Assembly: GCA_042219045.1 (NCBI GenBank)
Contig: JBDGQO010000021.1
Location: 1 to 14,774 of the forward strand
Origin: Candidatus Bipolaricaulia bacterium
GTDB lineage: Bacteria; Bipolaricaulota; Bipolaricaulia; RBG-16-55-9
DNA length: 14,774 nucleotides
Reading direction: 5' to 3'
This document shows positions 8,501 through 14,774 of the stretch, piece after piece (position 1 is the first letter of the stretch; each line of letters opens with the position of its first letter). The notes below the pieces were generated by a model. It ran no database searches. It saw only the letters and a program-made list of their open reading frames with translations, and was not told where the DNA came from. The translations under genes and the position numbers were made by a program.

Positions 8501-8792
8501 GCTGCTCTCATCCGTCCCGTTGCTGGACCCGACCCAGACGACGTCGCGCGTCCACCTGAATGGCGACATCCCGAGCCCGACCGACGTCCCCTCGGGATGC
8601 CCGTTCCACACGCGCTGTCCTCGCTATTTGGGCAACATCTGCGAGGCGGAAGCGCCGCCCATCCGAGAGACATCCGACGGACGACGTATTGCCTGCCACA
8701 TTCCGCTGGAGGAGCTGGAACGCGAGCAGGAGCCGATGGGGATGCCGTCCGAGCCACAGGCGCCAGAACCGACCGAGGAGGCCCGCGACTGA
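5577..8792 (+). CDS. Fused peptide-ABC permease (DppC/OppC-like) plus two ATPase domains (DppD- and DppF-like)
   Basis: HPFGTDRFGRDIFSR and EAA-like loop DYVETARLQGES; two GLVGESGSGKS/T Walker A motifs; LSGGMQQR and LSGGEKQR; two DEPT Walker B motifs; two HPYT-containing C-terminal Cys domains; TGATG overlap with the upstream gene. Confidence 0.9.
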   Translation: MRDPSEEGAEPTASAPSDSLGRTLRGLLRWTSRVARHATRLIVRLYRRPMPALGATLVVAFFALALVGPWVAPFSATEQNFQATLESPSAQHPFGTDRFGRDIFSRVIVGTQSIFELAGIGTLLGVLIGTGLGLLSGFRGGWFDEILMRIFDSILAIPALLLALLLLGTIGPAATDDLWIFHALTVLSLGMIEPSEVSVLLVIAIVYTPIVARVVRSDVLAIKTRDYVETARLQGESTAYILTREILPSILPALSVEAALRFSYAIFLVASLGFLGVGVQPPTPNWGLMVRAARDFTDIAPWWLIFPAGAISLLVVGMNLLADGLKRVLQSSEDLATSGARASVPVHGADEGSNPNEDRESTPSETAVLAARDVTVAYESQGRALDAVRNVSLAIEPGETLGLVGESGSGKSTLALAMMRYLPANGWVRHGQIAFDGRELLDLDESGLRDLWGKEISLVPQNPSASLNPSLQIGEQIAEVLQRHTDLNGPDRERRIRELLDQVRIGDPERVANSYPHELSGGMQQRAMIAMALSTSPKLLVMDEPTTGLDVTTEATVLDLVDDLIAQRETSMLYITHDLGVVARIADRVAVLYAGELVETARTTELYERPLHPYTRGLLDSVPRLGERKEIVRLSSMRGRIPAPTERPGGCVFAPRCPVAVDRCHAERPTLDVAARGDVANARHVRCHRWAEIDRGEIHAGRRSKAASPSREAADSDGHAPVLGIAQLHVHFPVKRSLTEVVRGRPRDVVKAVDGVGLNVHEGETLGLVGESGSGKTTLARSILGLVPPSEGRLELQAHELPTTLDGRDLDVLRHLQLVSQNPEEALNPYQTIGQILQRPLRRLQGKPKAEAARDVDRLLDWVRLGPEYASRLPAQLSGGEKQRVAIARAFAARPDLVVCDEPTSALDVSVQARILNLLADLQSEGGGAYLFISHDLAVVGYLADAIAVIYLGQIMDLGRRETFFEPPFHPYTEALLSSVPLLDPTQTTSRVHLNGDIPSPTDVPSGCPFHTRCPRYLGNICEAEAPPIRETSDGRRIACHIPLEELEREQEPMGMPSEPQAPEPTEEARD

Positions 8793-9745
8793 TGGGCCGC
8801 TACGTCCTGCGCCGCCTCGGCTTTCTGCTCCTGACGCTGGCGCTGACGTCGATCTTGGTGTTCGGCGTCATGCAGCTGGTGCCGGGTGACGTCGCGCGCA
8901 TCGTCCTCGGGCGCGAGGCGAGCCCCGACGCCGTGGCCGAGCTCCGCCGTGAGCTGGGCTTGACCGAACCGCTGCCCGTCCAATACGCGCAATGGCTCGG
9001 GAACTTCGTCACCGGCGACTGGGGCCAGGCGTACACGTTCCCCCAACAGCCCGACATCCGGCCGTTGGTCATGGAGAAGTTGGGCGACTCCCTGCGACTC
9101 GCCGTGCTGGTGTTGCTCTTGGCCTTGCCGCTGTCGATCGCCGTGGGCGTCTGGGCCGGGCTCAACGAGAACCGTTGGCCGGACAACGCCGTCAGCATCG
9201 GATCGTTGGCGGCCGTCGGCCTCCCCGAGTTCGTCACGGGGCTGATCCTGATCGAGATATTTAGCTACGCGTTCGGTTGGTTGCCCGGGTCGGCGACCGG
9301 GGCTGCCGACTTGCCGTTCGTTGAGGCGCTGCCCCAGTTGATCCTGCCCGCCCTGACGGCGACGCTGGTCCTGTTGGCGTACATCGCCCGCCTCGTGCGC
9401 GCCGGCGTCATCGAAGAGCTCAAAAAACCCTACGTGCGCACGGCGGCGCTCAAGGGCCTGGCGACGCGCGTCGTCCTCGCCAAGCACGTGCTGCGCAACG
9501 CGCTGTTGCCCACGATCACCGTCATCGCCATCAGCTTCGGCTGGCTGATCGGCGGCCTGATCGTCATCGAAGTCGTGTTCAACTATCGGGGCCTGGGGTT
9601 GCTGCTCCTGACGGCCATCGACCGGCGCGACCTGTTGCTCGTCCAGGCGATCACGATGGTCATTGTCACGGGCGTTGCTCTGGCCAACTTGGCTGCCGAC
9701 CTGCTCTACGCCTATCTCAATCCGCGGATCCGGCTCAACGATTGA
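8792..9745 (+). CDS. Peptide-ABC permease (DppB/OppB-like)
   Basis: True start MGRYVLRRL at 8792 (TGATG overlap; the track start at 8597 is over-extended); VPGDVA, LGLTEPLPVQY, GDWG, YVRTAALKGL, KHVLRNALLP, LAADLLYAYLNPRI. Confidence 0.92.
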   Translation: MGRYVLRRLGFLLLTLALTSILVFGVMQLVPGDVARIVLGREASPDAVAELRRELGLTEPLPVQYAQWLGNFVTGDWGQAYTFPQQPDIRPLVMEKLGDSLRLAVLVLLLALPLSIAVGVWAGLNENRWPDNAVSIGSLAAVGLPEFVTGLILIEIFSYAFGWLPGSATGAADLPFVEALPQLILPALTATLVLLAYIARLVRAGVIEELKKPYVRTAALKGLATRVVLAKHVLRNALLPTITVIAISFGWLIGGLIVIEVVFNYRGLGLLLLTAIDRRDLLLVQAITMVIVTGVALANLAADLLYAYLNPRIRLND

Positions 9746-9810
9746 CCAACAGCGAAACCGCCCGCTGAACTCGGGGCATTTTGGCTCGATATCTTGACGT
9801 GCGCGCTAAC

Positions 9811-9985
9811 GGGGAGGAAGGGAGAGCAAGCAACAGAAGGCCACCCGGCTGGGCTTGCTCATGGCTCCCTGAGCAAAAACCCACAGGCAGGAGGTGGGAA
9901 ACCTGTGGTAAAACTCTGGGAAGCCTAGCTTGTGGGAACCCGATCGCCAGCCGAGTGCCTTCTTCCCCCCCTCTCACCGGTCCCC
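9811..9985 (-). ncRNA. Rod-shaped ~175-nt structured RNA with central bubble (6S RNA-like; identity unproven)
   Basis: Nested stems 9811-15/9981-85, 9822-26/9971-75, 9835-52/9947-63, 9863-73/9914-25 and 9881-87/9902-08. Plus-strand C-A mismatches become G.U pairs on the minus strand. A minus-strand promoter candidate lies just upstream. Confidence 0.5.
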
Positions 9986-10012
9986 TCAACTATGGCTAAG
10001 CGTTAATGATGC

Positions 10013-10041
10013 TTTCTAGCATAAACGGCCAGTCACGTCAA
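10013..10041 (-). promoter_or_regulatory. Possible promoter for the candidate ncRNA
   Basis: Minus strand TTGACG-17 nt-TAGAAA with TGn extension; the final T of the -10 box is missing. Confidence 0.35.
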
Positions 10042-10121
10042 CCATCCCGTTCTCCCGTCCGTGGGATCGTCGACGCCCGTAAGGCGTCCCACAAGCTCAT
10101 GTCTTGCGAGTTTTATCGGTG

Positions 10122-12089
10122 TTATTTGCCCTGGAAATCCGGGTCCTTCTTGCTCATGAACGCGGTGGTGCCCTCGACCATGTCTTCGGTGGAAAAGAGC
10201 AAGCCGAACGCCTGATGCTCCATGGCCAGGGCCGTCTCCATCGGCGCGTTCAGGCCCTCGTCGACGACGCGCTTGGCGAACTTGAGCGCGATCGGCGGGC
10301 CATCGGCCAACTTCCGCGCAAACGCCTCCACCTGGGCGTCAAACGACGCGTCCGGATAGACGTGGTTGATGAGGCCCCACTGTTCGGCTTCATCCGCCGA
10401 GACGCGCTCGCCGAGCATGATCAGCTCCTTGGCGCGCGACGGACCGATCAATCGCGCAAGACGTTGCGTGCCACCCCCGCCGGGGATCAGCCCGAGGTTG
10501 ATTTCGGGTTGGCCGACCTCGCTCCGTTGAGAAGCCAACCGGAAGTCGCACGCGAGCGACAGTTCCAGGCCGCCGCCGAGGGCGTAGCCGTCGATGGCCG
10601 CAACCACGGGTTTGGCGCACTTGGCCGGCGCGTCGAAGAACTCGCCGATCTCGGCCAATTGGTGCGGCTTGCCGCTGGCGAACTCCGTGATATCGGCGCC
10701 GGCGCTGAACGCTCGGTCGCCCGCGCCCTGAATGACGATCGCGCGCACGTCGTCGCGCATCTCCAGCGATTGGAACGCCTGGGGCAACTCCTCGCGCATT
10801 CGGGCGTTGATGGCGTTCAGACGGTGCTCGCGGTCCAGCGTGATCCGGGCGATCCGATCGTCGATCTGCACGTCGATCGTCTGGAAGCCGCTCAGGTCCG
10901 TGCCCCCGGCGTCCCCGTGGCTGTAAAAGCCCTGGCCGGCGTCCCGGCCCGTATGGCCCCGCTGGACCATCGTCTCCAAATACGACGTCGGCCGGTAACG
11001 CTCGTCGCCGTGCTCGTCGTGCAACGACTTGAGGGTGTCCAGGAGCGTGTCGAGCCCGATATCGTCCGCCCGCTGCAGGAGGCCTTCGGGGAACCCGGCG
11101 CCCAGTTGGACCGCCTTGTCGATCTCCGCGGCCGTCGTCACGCCCTGCTCCAACAGGCTCGTCGCCTCGTTGACCATGAGCGCGTAGACCGGCGTCGGGT
11201 CGACGGGTTCACCCGCTTCTTGGGCATAGTCCGCACCGCCGTTCTCGTAATTGTAGAAGCCCTGACCCGTCTTGCGGCCCAGTTCGTTAGATTGGACCTT
11301 GTCTTCGACGATGGGCGGGATGGGGAGGCCGGCTTCCCGACTGAGATAATACCCGATGTCGATGCCCGTGAGATCCTGGAGCTCGAACGGGCCCATGGGA
11401 AACCCTTCGAAAAACTTCATGCGCGCGTCGATGGCCTCAATCGTCGTCTCGCCGCGCGAGACCATCCAGGCCGGCTCGAACATGAACGGCCCGACCAACA
11501 CCCGATTGACGATGAAGCCGAAGACGTCCTTATGGACTTTCACGGGCGACTTTCCCAACCGCTCTGCCAACTGGGTGATCAACTCGAGGGTGTCGTCGCT
11601 CGTGTGTTTCCCCTTGATGGCCTCCACGAGATCCATCTTCACGGGGGGATTGAAGAAGTGCATGCCCGCCACCTGCGACGGCCGATCGGTCGCTTCCGCG
11701 ATCTCGCTGATGGAGAGCGAACTCGTGTTGGAGGCCAGAACGGCATGATCGGGCGCGTTCTCATCCAATTGTTTGAAAATGTCGTGCTTGACGGCCATTT
11801 TCTCCGGGCCCGCCTCAATGACGACATCGGCCCCCTCTGCCGCTCGGGGGATCTCCGTGGTGGTTGCCACGCGCTGGATGGCCGCTTGGGCGTCGTCGCT
11901 TTTGATGAACCCTTTCTCCGCCAGCTTCTGCAGGCTCCAATCGATCTGCTGATGGCCGTTCTGGACGATATCGTCGTCGATGTCGTGCAGCGTCACGTCA
12001 TAACCGGCCAGGGCGGCCAGTTCGGCGATGCCATGGCCCATCGTGCCGGCGCCGATCACGGCCACGTGCCGGACGTCGTCAATGTTCAC
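10122..12089 (-). CDS. Bifunctional 3-hydroxyacyl-CoA dehydrogenase / enoyl-CoA hydratase (archaeal domain order)
   Basis: VAVIGAGTMGHGIA Rossmann motif, NTSSLS, GMHFFNP, GFIVNR, LGRKTGQGFY; C-terminal crotonase FSAGADI, GGGLEL, GQPEINLGLIPGGGGTQRL. Start probably GTG 12089 (6 nt after SD GAGGTG) or ATG 12095, not 12272. Confidence 0.93.
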   Translation of the reverse strand: MNIDDVRHVAVIGAGTMGHGIAELAALAGYDVTLHDIDDDIVQNGHQQIDWSLQKLAEKGFIKSDDAQAAIQRVATTTEIPRAAEGADVVIEAGPEKMAVKHDIFKQLDENAPDHAVLASNTSSLSISEIAEATDRPSQVAGMHFFNPPVKMDLVEAIKGKHTSDDTLELITQLAERLGKSPVKVHKDVFGFIVNRVLVGPFMFEPAWMVSRGETTIEAIDARMKFFEGFPMGPFELQDLTGIDIGYYLSREAGLPIPPIVEDKVQSNELGRKTGQGFYNYENGGADYAQEAGEPVDPTPVYALMVNEATSLLEQGVTTAAEIDKAVQLGAGFPEGLLQRADDIGLDTLLDTLKSLHDEHGDERYRPTSYLETMVQRGHTGRDAGQGFYSHGDAGGTDLSGFQTIDVQIDDRIARITLDREHRLNAINARMREELPQAFQSLEMRDDVRAIVIQGAGDRAFSAGADITEFASGKPHQLAEIGEFFDAPAKCAKPVVAAIDGYALGGGLELSLACDFRLASQRSEVGQPEINLGLIPGGGGTQRLARLIGPSRAKELIMLGERVSADEAEQWGLINHVYPDASFDAQVEAFARKLADGPPIALKFAKRVVDEGLNAPMETALAMEHQAFGLLFSTEDMVEGTTAFMSKKDPDFQGK

Positions 12090-12127
12090 ATCCATCACCT
12101 CGCAAAAAATGGGAACAGTCGCTGAGT

Positions 12128-12157
12128 ATCGTAGCACAGCGTCGAAGTCGGGCTCAA
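12128..12157 (-). promoter_or_regulatory. Sigma70-type promoter for the dehydrogenase/hydratase gene
   Basis: Minus strand TTGAGC-18 nt-TACGAT with TGn extension. Confidence 0.5.
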
Positions 12158-12197
12158 CTGGCCTCGATGGAGCCAAGACGCAACGTCGAGCGAAAAA

Positions 12198-12227
12198 TTG
12201 ACAAATCTGAAGCCCCAGAACTACATT
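12198..12227 (+). promoter_or_regulatory. Sigma70-type promoter (divergent; liv remnant/livF)
   Basis: TTGACA-18 nt-TACATT preceded by an A-tract. Confidence 0.6.
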
Positions 12228-12376
12228 GATCGGCCGTGAGGGACATGTCCCATGGGCCACAGCGATCATCATTCGAGATTCCCCCCAAGGGACGATCGGG
12301 GAGACGGTCAGAGTTCCTTATGCGGGCCGAAGCCCCGGAGGCCCGCATGCGCGACGCCGACCGCGGTACGCAGCCA

Positions 12377-12556
12377 CTGATGCCGCCGATCGGTTGGGGT
12401 GGGGGCCGCCACTCCGGCCAACTCCTGGCCGAAGGATCTCCGGAGGCGATCGCCGTCAACCTGCGCGTCCGGACGGTTGATCTCGCTGGCAACGACGAGC
12501 ACGCCTTCTCGCCAGAAACGTCGGAATCGGACGGATCGGGCGGTGACGCGCCATGA
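12377..12556 (+). pseudogene. livG: Remnant of the 3' end of a LivG-type branched-chain amino acid ABC ATPase
   Basis: HSGQLLAEGSPEAIAVNLRVRTVDLAG resembles the LivG C-terminal G..IAEG.P..I..NP.V...YLG; an ADRL motif lies just upstream in another frame; the stop overlaps the livF ATG (ATGA); no Walker motifs remain. Confidence 0.6.
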
Positions 12557-13257
12557 CGCTGTTGGACGTTGAGGAGCTCGACGCGTTTTACGGCAAGGCC
12601 CAGGCGCTCCATTCGGTCTCGCTCGAGGTGGAAGCGGAGACCGTTGTGGCGATTATTGGGCCGAACGGCGCCGGCAAGACGACGCTGCTGAACGCCCTAT
12701 CCGGGCTGGTTCCGTATCACGGCGAGGTGCGTTTCGACGGCCAAGCGTTGCCCCGTCGACCGAGCGACATCGTCGAGCGCGGGCTGATCCACTGTCCGGA
12801 AGGGCGCCACCTCTTTCCCTATCTCAACGTCCACGACAACCTGACTATGGGGGCCTACCTCCGTCATGACGCAGAGATTGATCGCGACCTGCGAGTCGTC
12901 CAGGAGCTCTTCCCTCGATTGGCGGAGCGGCGACATCAGCCGGTCCATACGCTGTCTGGCGGAGAGCAGCAGATGGTGGCGATCGGGCGAGCGCTGATGA
13001 GCAGCCCCCAACTGTTGATGCTCGACGAGCCGACGCTCGGCCTGGCTCCGATCGTCTGTGAGGACATCTCGCGGGCGCTCGGCGAGATCCGCGAGCGGTT
13101 TGCCATGGCGATCCTCCTTGCCGAGCAGAACACCAGCTTCGCCTTCGCGCACGCCGAACGCGTCCATCTGCTGGAGACGGGACAACTCGTCCGTACGGGA
13201 TCCGGCCCCGAGCTCCAGGAAGACCCCTACGTTCGCCAAGCCTATCTCGGCCGCTGA
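12553..13257 (+). CDS. livF: Branched-chain amino acid-type ABC transporter ATP-binding protein (LivF-like)
   Basis: YGKAQALHSVSL, GPNGAGKTT, CPEGRHLF, LFPRLAER, LSGGEQQM, LDEPTLGLAP, AEQN, VRQAYLG. Confidence 0.9.
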   Translation: MTLLDVEELDAFYGKAQALHSVSLEVEAETVVAIIGPNGAGKTTLLNALSGLVPYHGEVRFDGQALPRRPSDIVERGLIHCPEGRHLFPYLNVHDNLTMGAYLRHDAEIDRDLRVVQELFPRLAERRHQPVHTLSGGEQQMVAIGRALMSSPQLLMLDEPTLGLAPIVCEDISRALGEIRERFAMAILLAEQNTSFAFAHAERVHLLETGQLVRTGSGPELQEDPYVRQAYLGR

Positions 13258-13350
13258 AGAGTCCGATTTCCCACGACGATGCGCTCCCGCAAATCAGACG
13301 GACAGGCCGTTCCCTCACGACATCCAGAGCCATCGGTCGGAACCGGCGCT

Positions 13351-13443
13351 TACCGATCACCGCGAACGTCCGGTCAAACCAGTTGCTGTCAGCGGGGCCA
13401 ACGTGGCGACCGTGGGTTGACTCGACTTGTGCGGTGGTCAGTA
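13351..13443 (+). mobile_element. 93-bp TA-flanked palindromic repeat (MITE-like), copy 2
   Basis: TACCGATCACCGC...GCGGTGGTCAGTA terminal inverted repeats; 79/93 identical to the reverse complement of 2584-2676. Confidence 0.7.
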
Positions 13444-13460
13444 AATCCGTATCGGCCGAA

Positions 13461-13490
13461 TTGACAGTCCAGAAGCCATCCCGCTACACT
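13461..13490 (+). promoter_or_regulatory. Sigma70-type promoter of the MTH865-thiolase operon
   Basis: TTGACA-18 nt-TACACT, followed by SD GGAGGT and ATG 13519. Confidence 0.7.
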
Positions 13491-13518
13491 ACGCGTGTCG
13501 AATGAGGGAGGTGGCCGC

Positions 13519-13773
13519 ATGAGCGAGCGCGAGGAACTGGAACAACAATTGCGAGACGTCTTCGGCAAAGCCGACTATCCCATCAACAACGTCATGGAAC
13601 TGCTCCCGGTGTTGCCCCAAGGCCCCAACACCCAGTTCACGGCAGGCGACAAGTCGTGGTCGGCGATGGAACTGTCACAGAAACTCTCGAGTCAGGCGGA
13701 GTTCCCCTATCACGACGTCGATTCGTTCGTCAGTGACGTCATCGCAGGCCTCGAGAGCGCCGGAGAGCTCTGA
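13519..13773 (+). CDS. MTH865-family small protein
   Basis: ADYPINNVMELLPVLPQGPNTQF...AMEL...FPY pattern recalled from archaeal MTH865-like proteins; strong SD GGAGGT before ATG 13519. Confidence 0.8.
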   Translation: MSEREELEQQLRDVFGKADYPINNVMELLPVLPQGPNTQFTAGDKSWSAMELSQKLSSQAEFPYHDVDSFVSDVIAGLESAGEL

Positions 13774-13779
13774 TCAGCG

Positions 13780-14774
13780 ATGGACACAGCCCAGGAGCCT
13801 GTCATTGTCGAAGCCGTTCGCACCCCCATCGGCAAAGCCGGCGGCGCGTTCCAAGATATCCGTCCGGACGATCTCGGCATCAACGCGCTGAATGCCCTCG
13901 TCGAGCAGACCGGGATCCAGTCCGATGACGTCGACGACCTGGTGCTCGGCTGCGTCACCCAGCGGGGCGAGCAAGGCGGCAACGTCGCCCGGTTCATCGC
14001 GCTGGAGGCTGGGCTGCCCGTGACGGTCGCCGGCACCACCGTCAATCGGCTCTGCGGATCCGGCCAACAGGCCGTCATGTTCGCCGCCCAGCAGATCGCC
14101 ACCGAGGTGAGCGACATGGTCATCGCCGGCGGCGTGGAGAGCATGACCCGCGAACCGATCAGCTCCGACATCGACAAGCCCATGAACCCGAAGCTCGTCA
14201 ATCAGTACGAGGTCGTCTGGCAGGGCGAGTCCGCCGAGCGGATCGCGGAGCAGTGGGAGATTTCGCGCCAGGAACTCGACGAGTTGTCGCTGGCGAGCCA
14301 CCAGCGGCTGGCCCGCGCGCAGGACGAGTGCCGCCTCCAGGACCAGATCGTCCCCATTGAAACCGAAGACGGGACGATCGCCGACGACGAAGGCGTCCGG
14401 CGCGACACGAGCTTGGAGAAGATGGCAACCCTCGCGCCCGCGTTCCGTCCCGATGGGTCCATCACGCCCGGGAACTCCAGCCAGATGAGCGACGGCGCGG
14501 CCATGTTGTTGCTCACAACCCGCCAGAAGGCCCAAGAGCTCGGCTTGACGCCGAAGGCTCGCTTGGTGTCGTCCTCGGTCGTCGGCGTGGACCCGACGAT
14601 CATGTTGACCGGGCCCATCCCCTCGACCCGACAGGCGCTCGACAAGGCCGGCATGACGCTCGGCGACATCGACCTCGTGGAGATCAACGAGGCGTTTGCG
14701 TCGGTCCCCTTGGCTTGGGGGCGCGAGCTCGATCCCGACTGGGACCGGGTCAACGTCAACGGCGGCGCAATCGC
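13780..14774 (+). CDS. Acetyl-CoA C-acyltransferase (thiolase), 3'-truncated by the window edge
   Basis: Manual translation (not in the ORF track): MDTAQEPVIVEAVRTPIGK..., NRLCGSG (catalytic Cys), AGGVESM, GNSSQMSDGA, EINEAFAS, RVNVNGGAI. Confidence 0.95.
   Translation, partial: MDTAQEPVIVEAVRTPIGKAGGAFQDIRPDDLGINALNALVEQTGIQSDDVDDLVLGCVTQRGEQGGNVARFIALEAGLPVTVAGTTVNRLCGSGQQAVMFAAQQIATEVSDMVIAGGVESMTREPISSDIDKPMNPKLVNQYEVVWQGESAERIAEQWEISRQELDELSLASHQRLARAQDECRLQDQIVPIETEDGTIADDEGVRRDTSLEKMATLAPAFRPDGSITPGNSSQMSDGAAMLLLTTRQKAQELGLTPKARLVSSSVVGVDPTIMLTGPIPSTRQALDKAGMTLGDIDLVEINEAFASVPLAWGRELDPDWDRVNVNGGAI

Noticed and set aside
9742..9771. Plus-strand promoter-like TTGACC-18 nt-TGAACT upstream of the structured RNA
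   Set aside because: The -10 box lacks the conserved A at position 2 and the -35 overlaps the permease stop codon; too weak to call, although it leaves the RNA strand not fully settled.
9820..9920. Glycine-riboswitch-like words (GGAGAG...GAAGG, GAGCAAA-hairpin-AAACTCT)
   Set aside because: Lacks CCGAAG and CTCAGG..AAAGGAC in the proper order and has no downstream gene on that strand; no SRP GGAA-loop motif either.
10104..12125. 673-aa plus-strand ORF, and other long antisense or alternate-frame ORFs (e.g. 105-881, 1431-2270, 2940-4016, 4657-5610, 6482-7699, 13774-14535)
   Set aside because: Shadows of well-supported genes in high-GC DNA; no recognisable motifs.
12096..12272. N-terminal extension of the 716-aa ORF
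   Set aside because: Overlaps two promoters; homology and the SD indicate a start at 12089 or 12095.

Overview
GC-rich bacterial DNA (sigma70-type promoters, Shine-Dalgarno sites, a c-di-GMP-I riboswitch). Several proteins are strongly acidic and two genes are of haloarchaeal type, which suggests a halophilic bacterium (inference). Left to right: the 3' part of an acidic multi-domain surface protein; a convergent secreted metzincin-like metallopeptidase with a c-di-GMP-I (GEMM) riboswitch abutting its start codon; wecB; a peptide/nickel-family ABC operon (Tat-exported binding protein, a DppC-DppD-DppF triple fusion, a DppB-type permease) preceded by a structured, riboswitch-like leader; a ~175-nt rod-shaped candidate ncRNA (6S-like shape, anti-SD sequence in its apical loop); an archaeal-order 3-hydroxyacyl-CoA dehydrogenase/enoyl-CoA hydratase fusion; a decayed livG remnant plus an intact orphan livF; an MTH865-family gene; and a thiolase running off the right edge (absent from the ORF track). 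Two 93-bp, TA-flanked imperfect palindromes (2584-2676 and 13351-13443, 79/93 identical, inverted relative to each other) define a probable MITE family, each sitting just upstream of a promoter.
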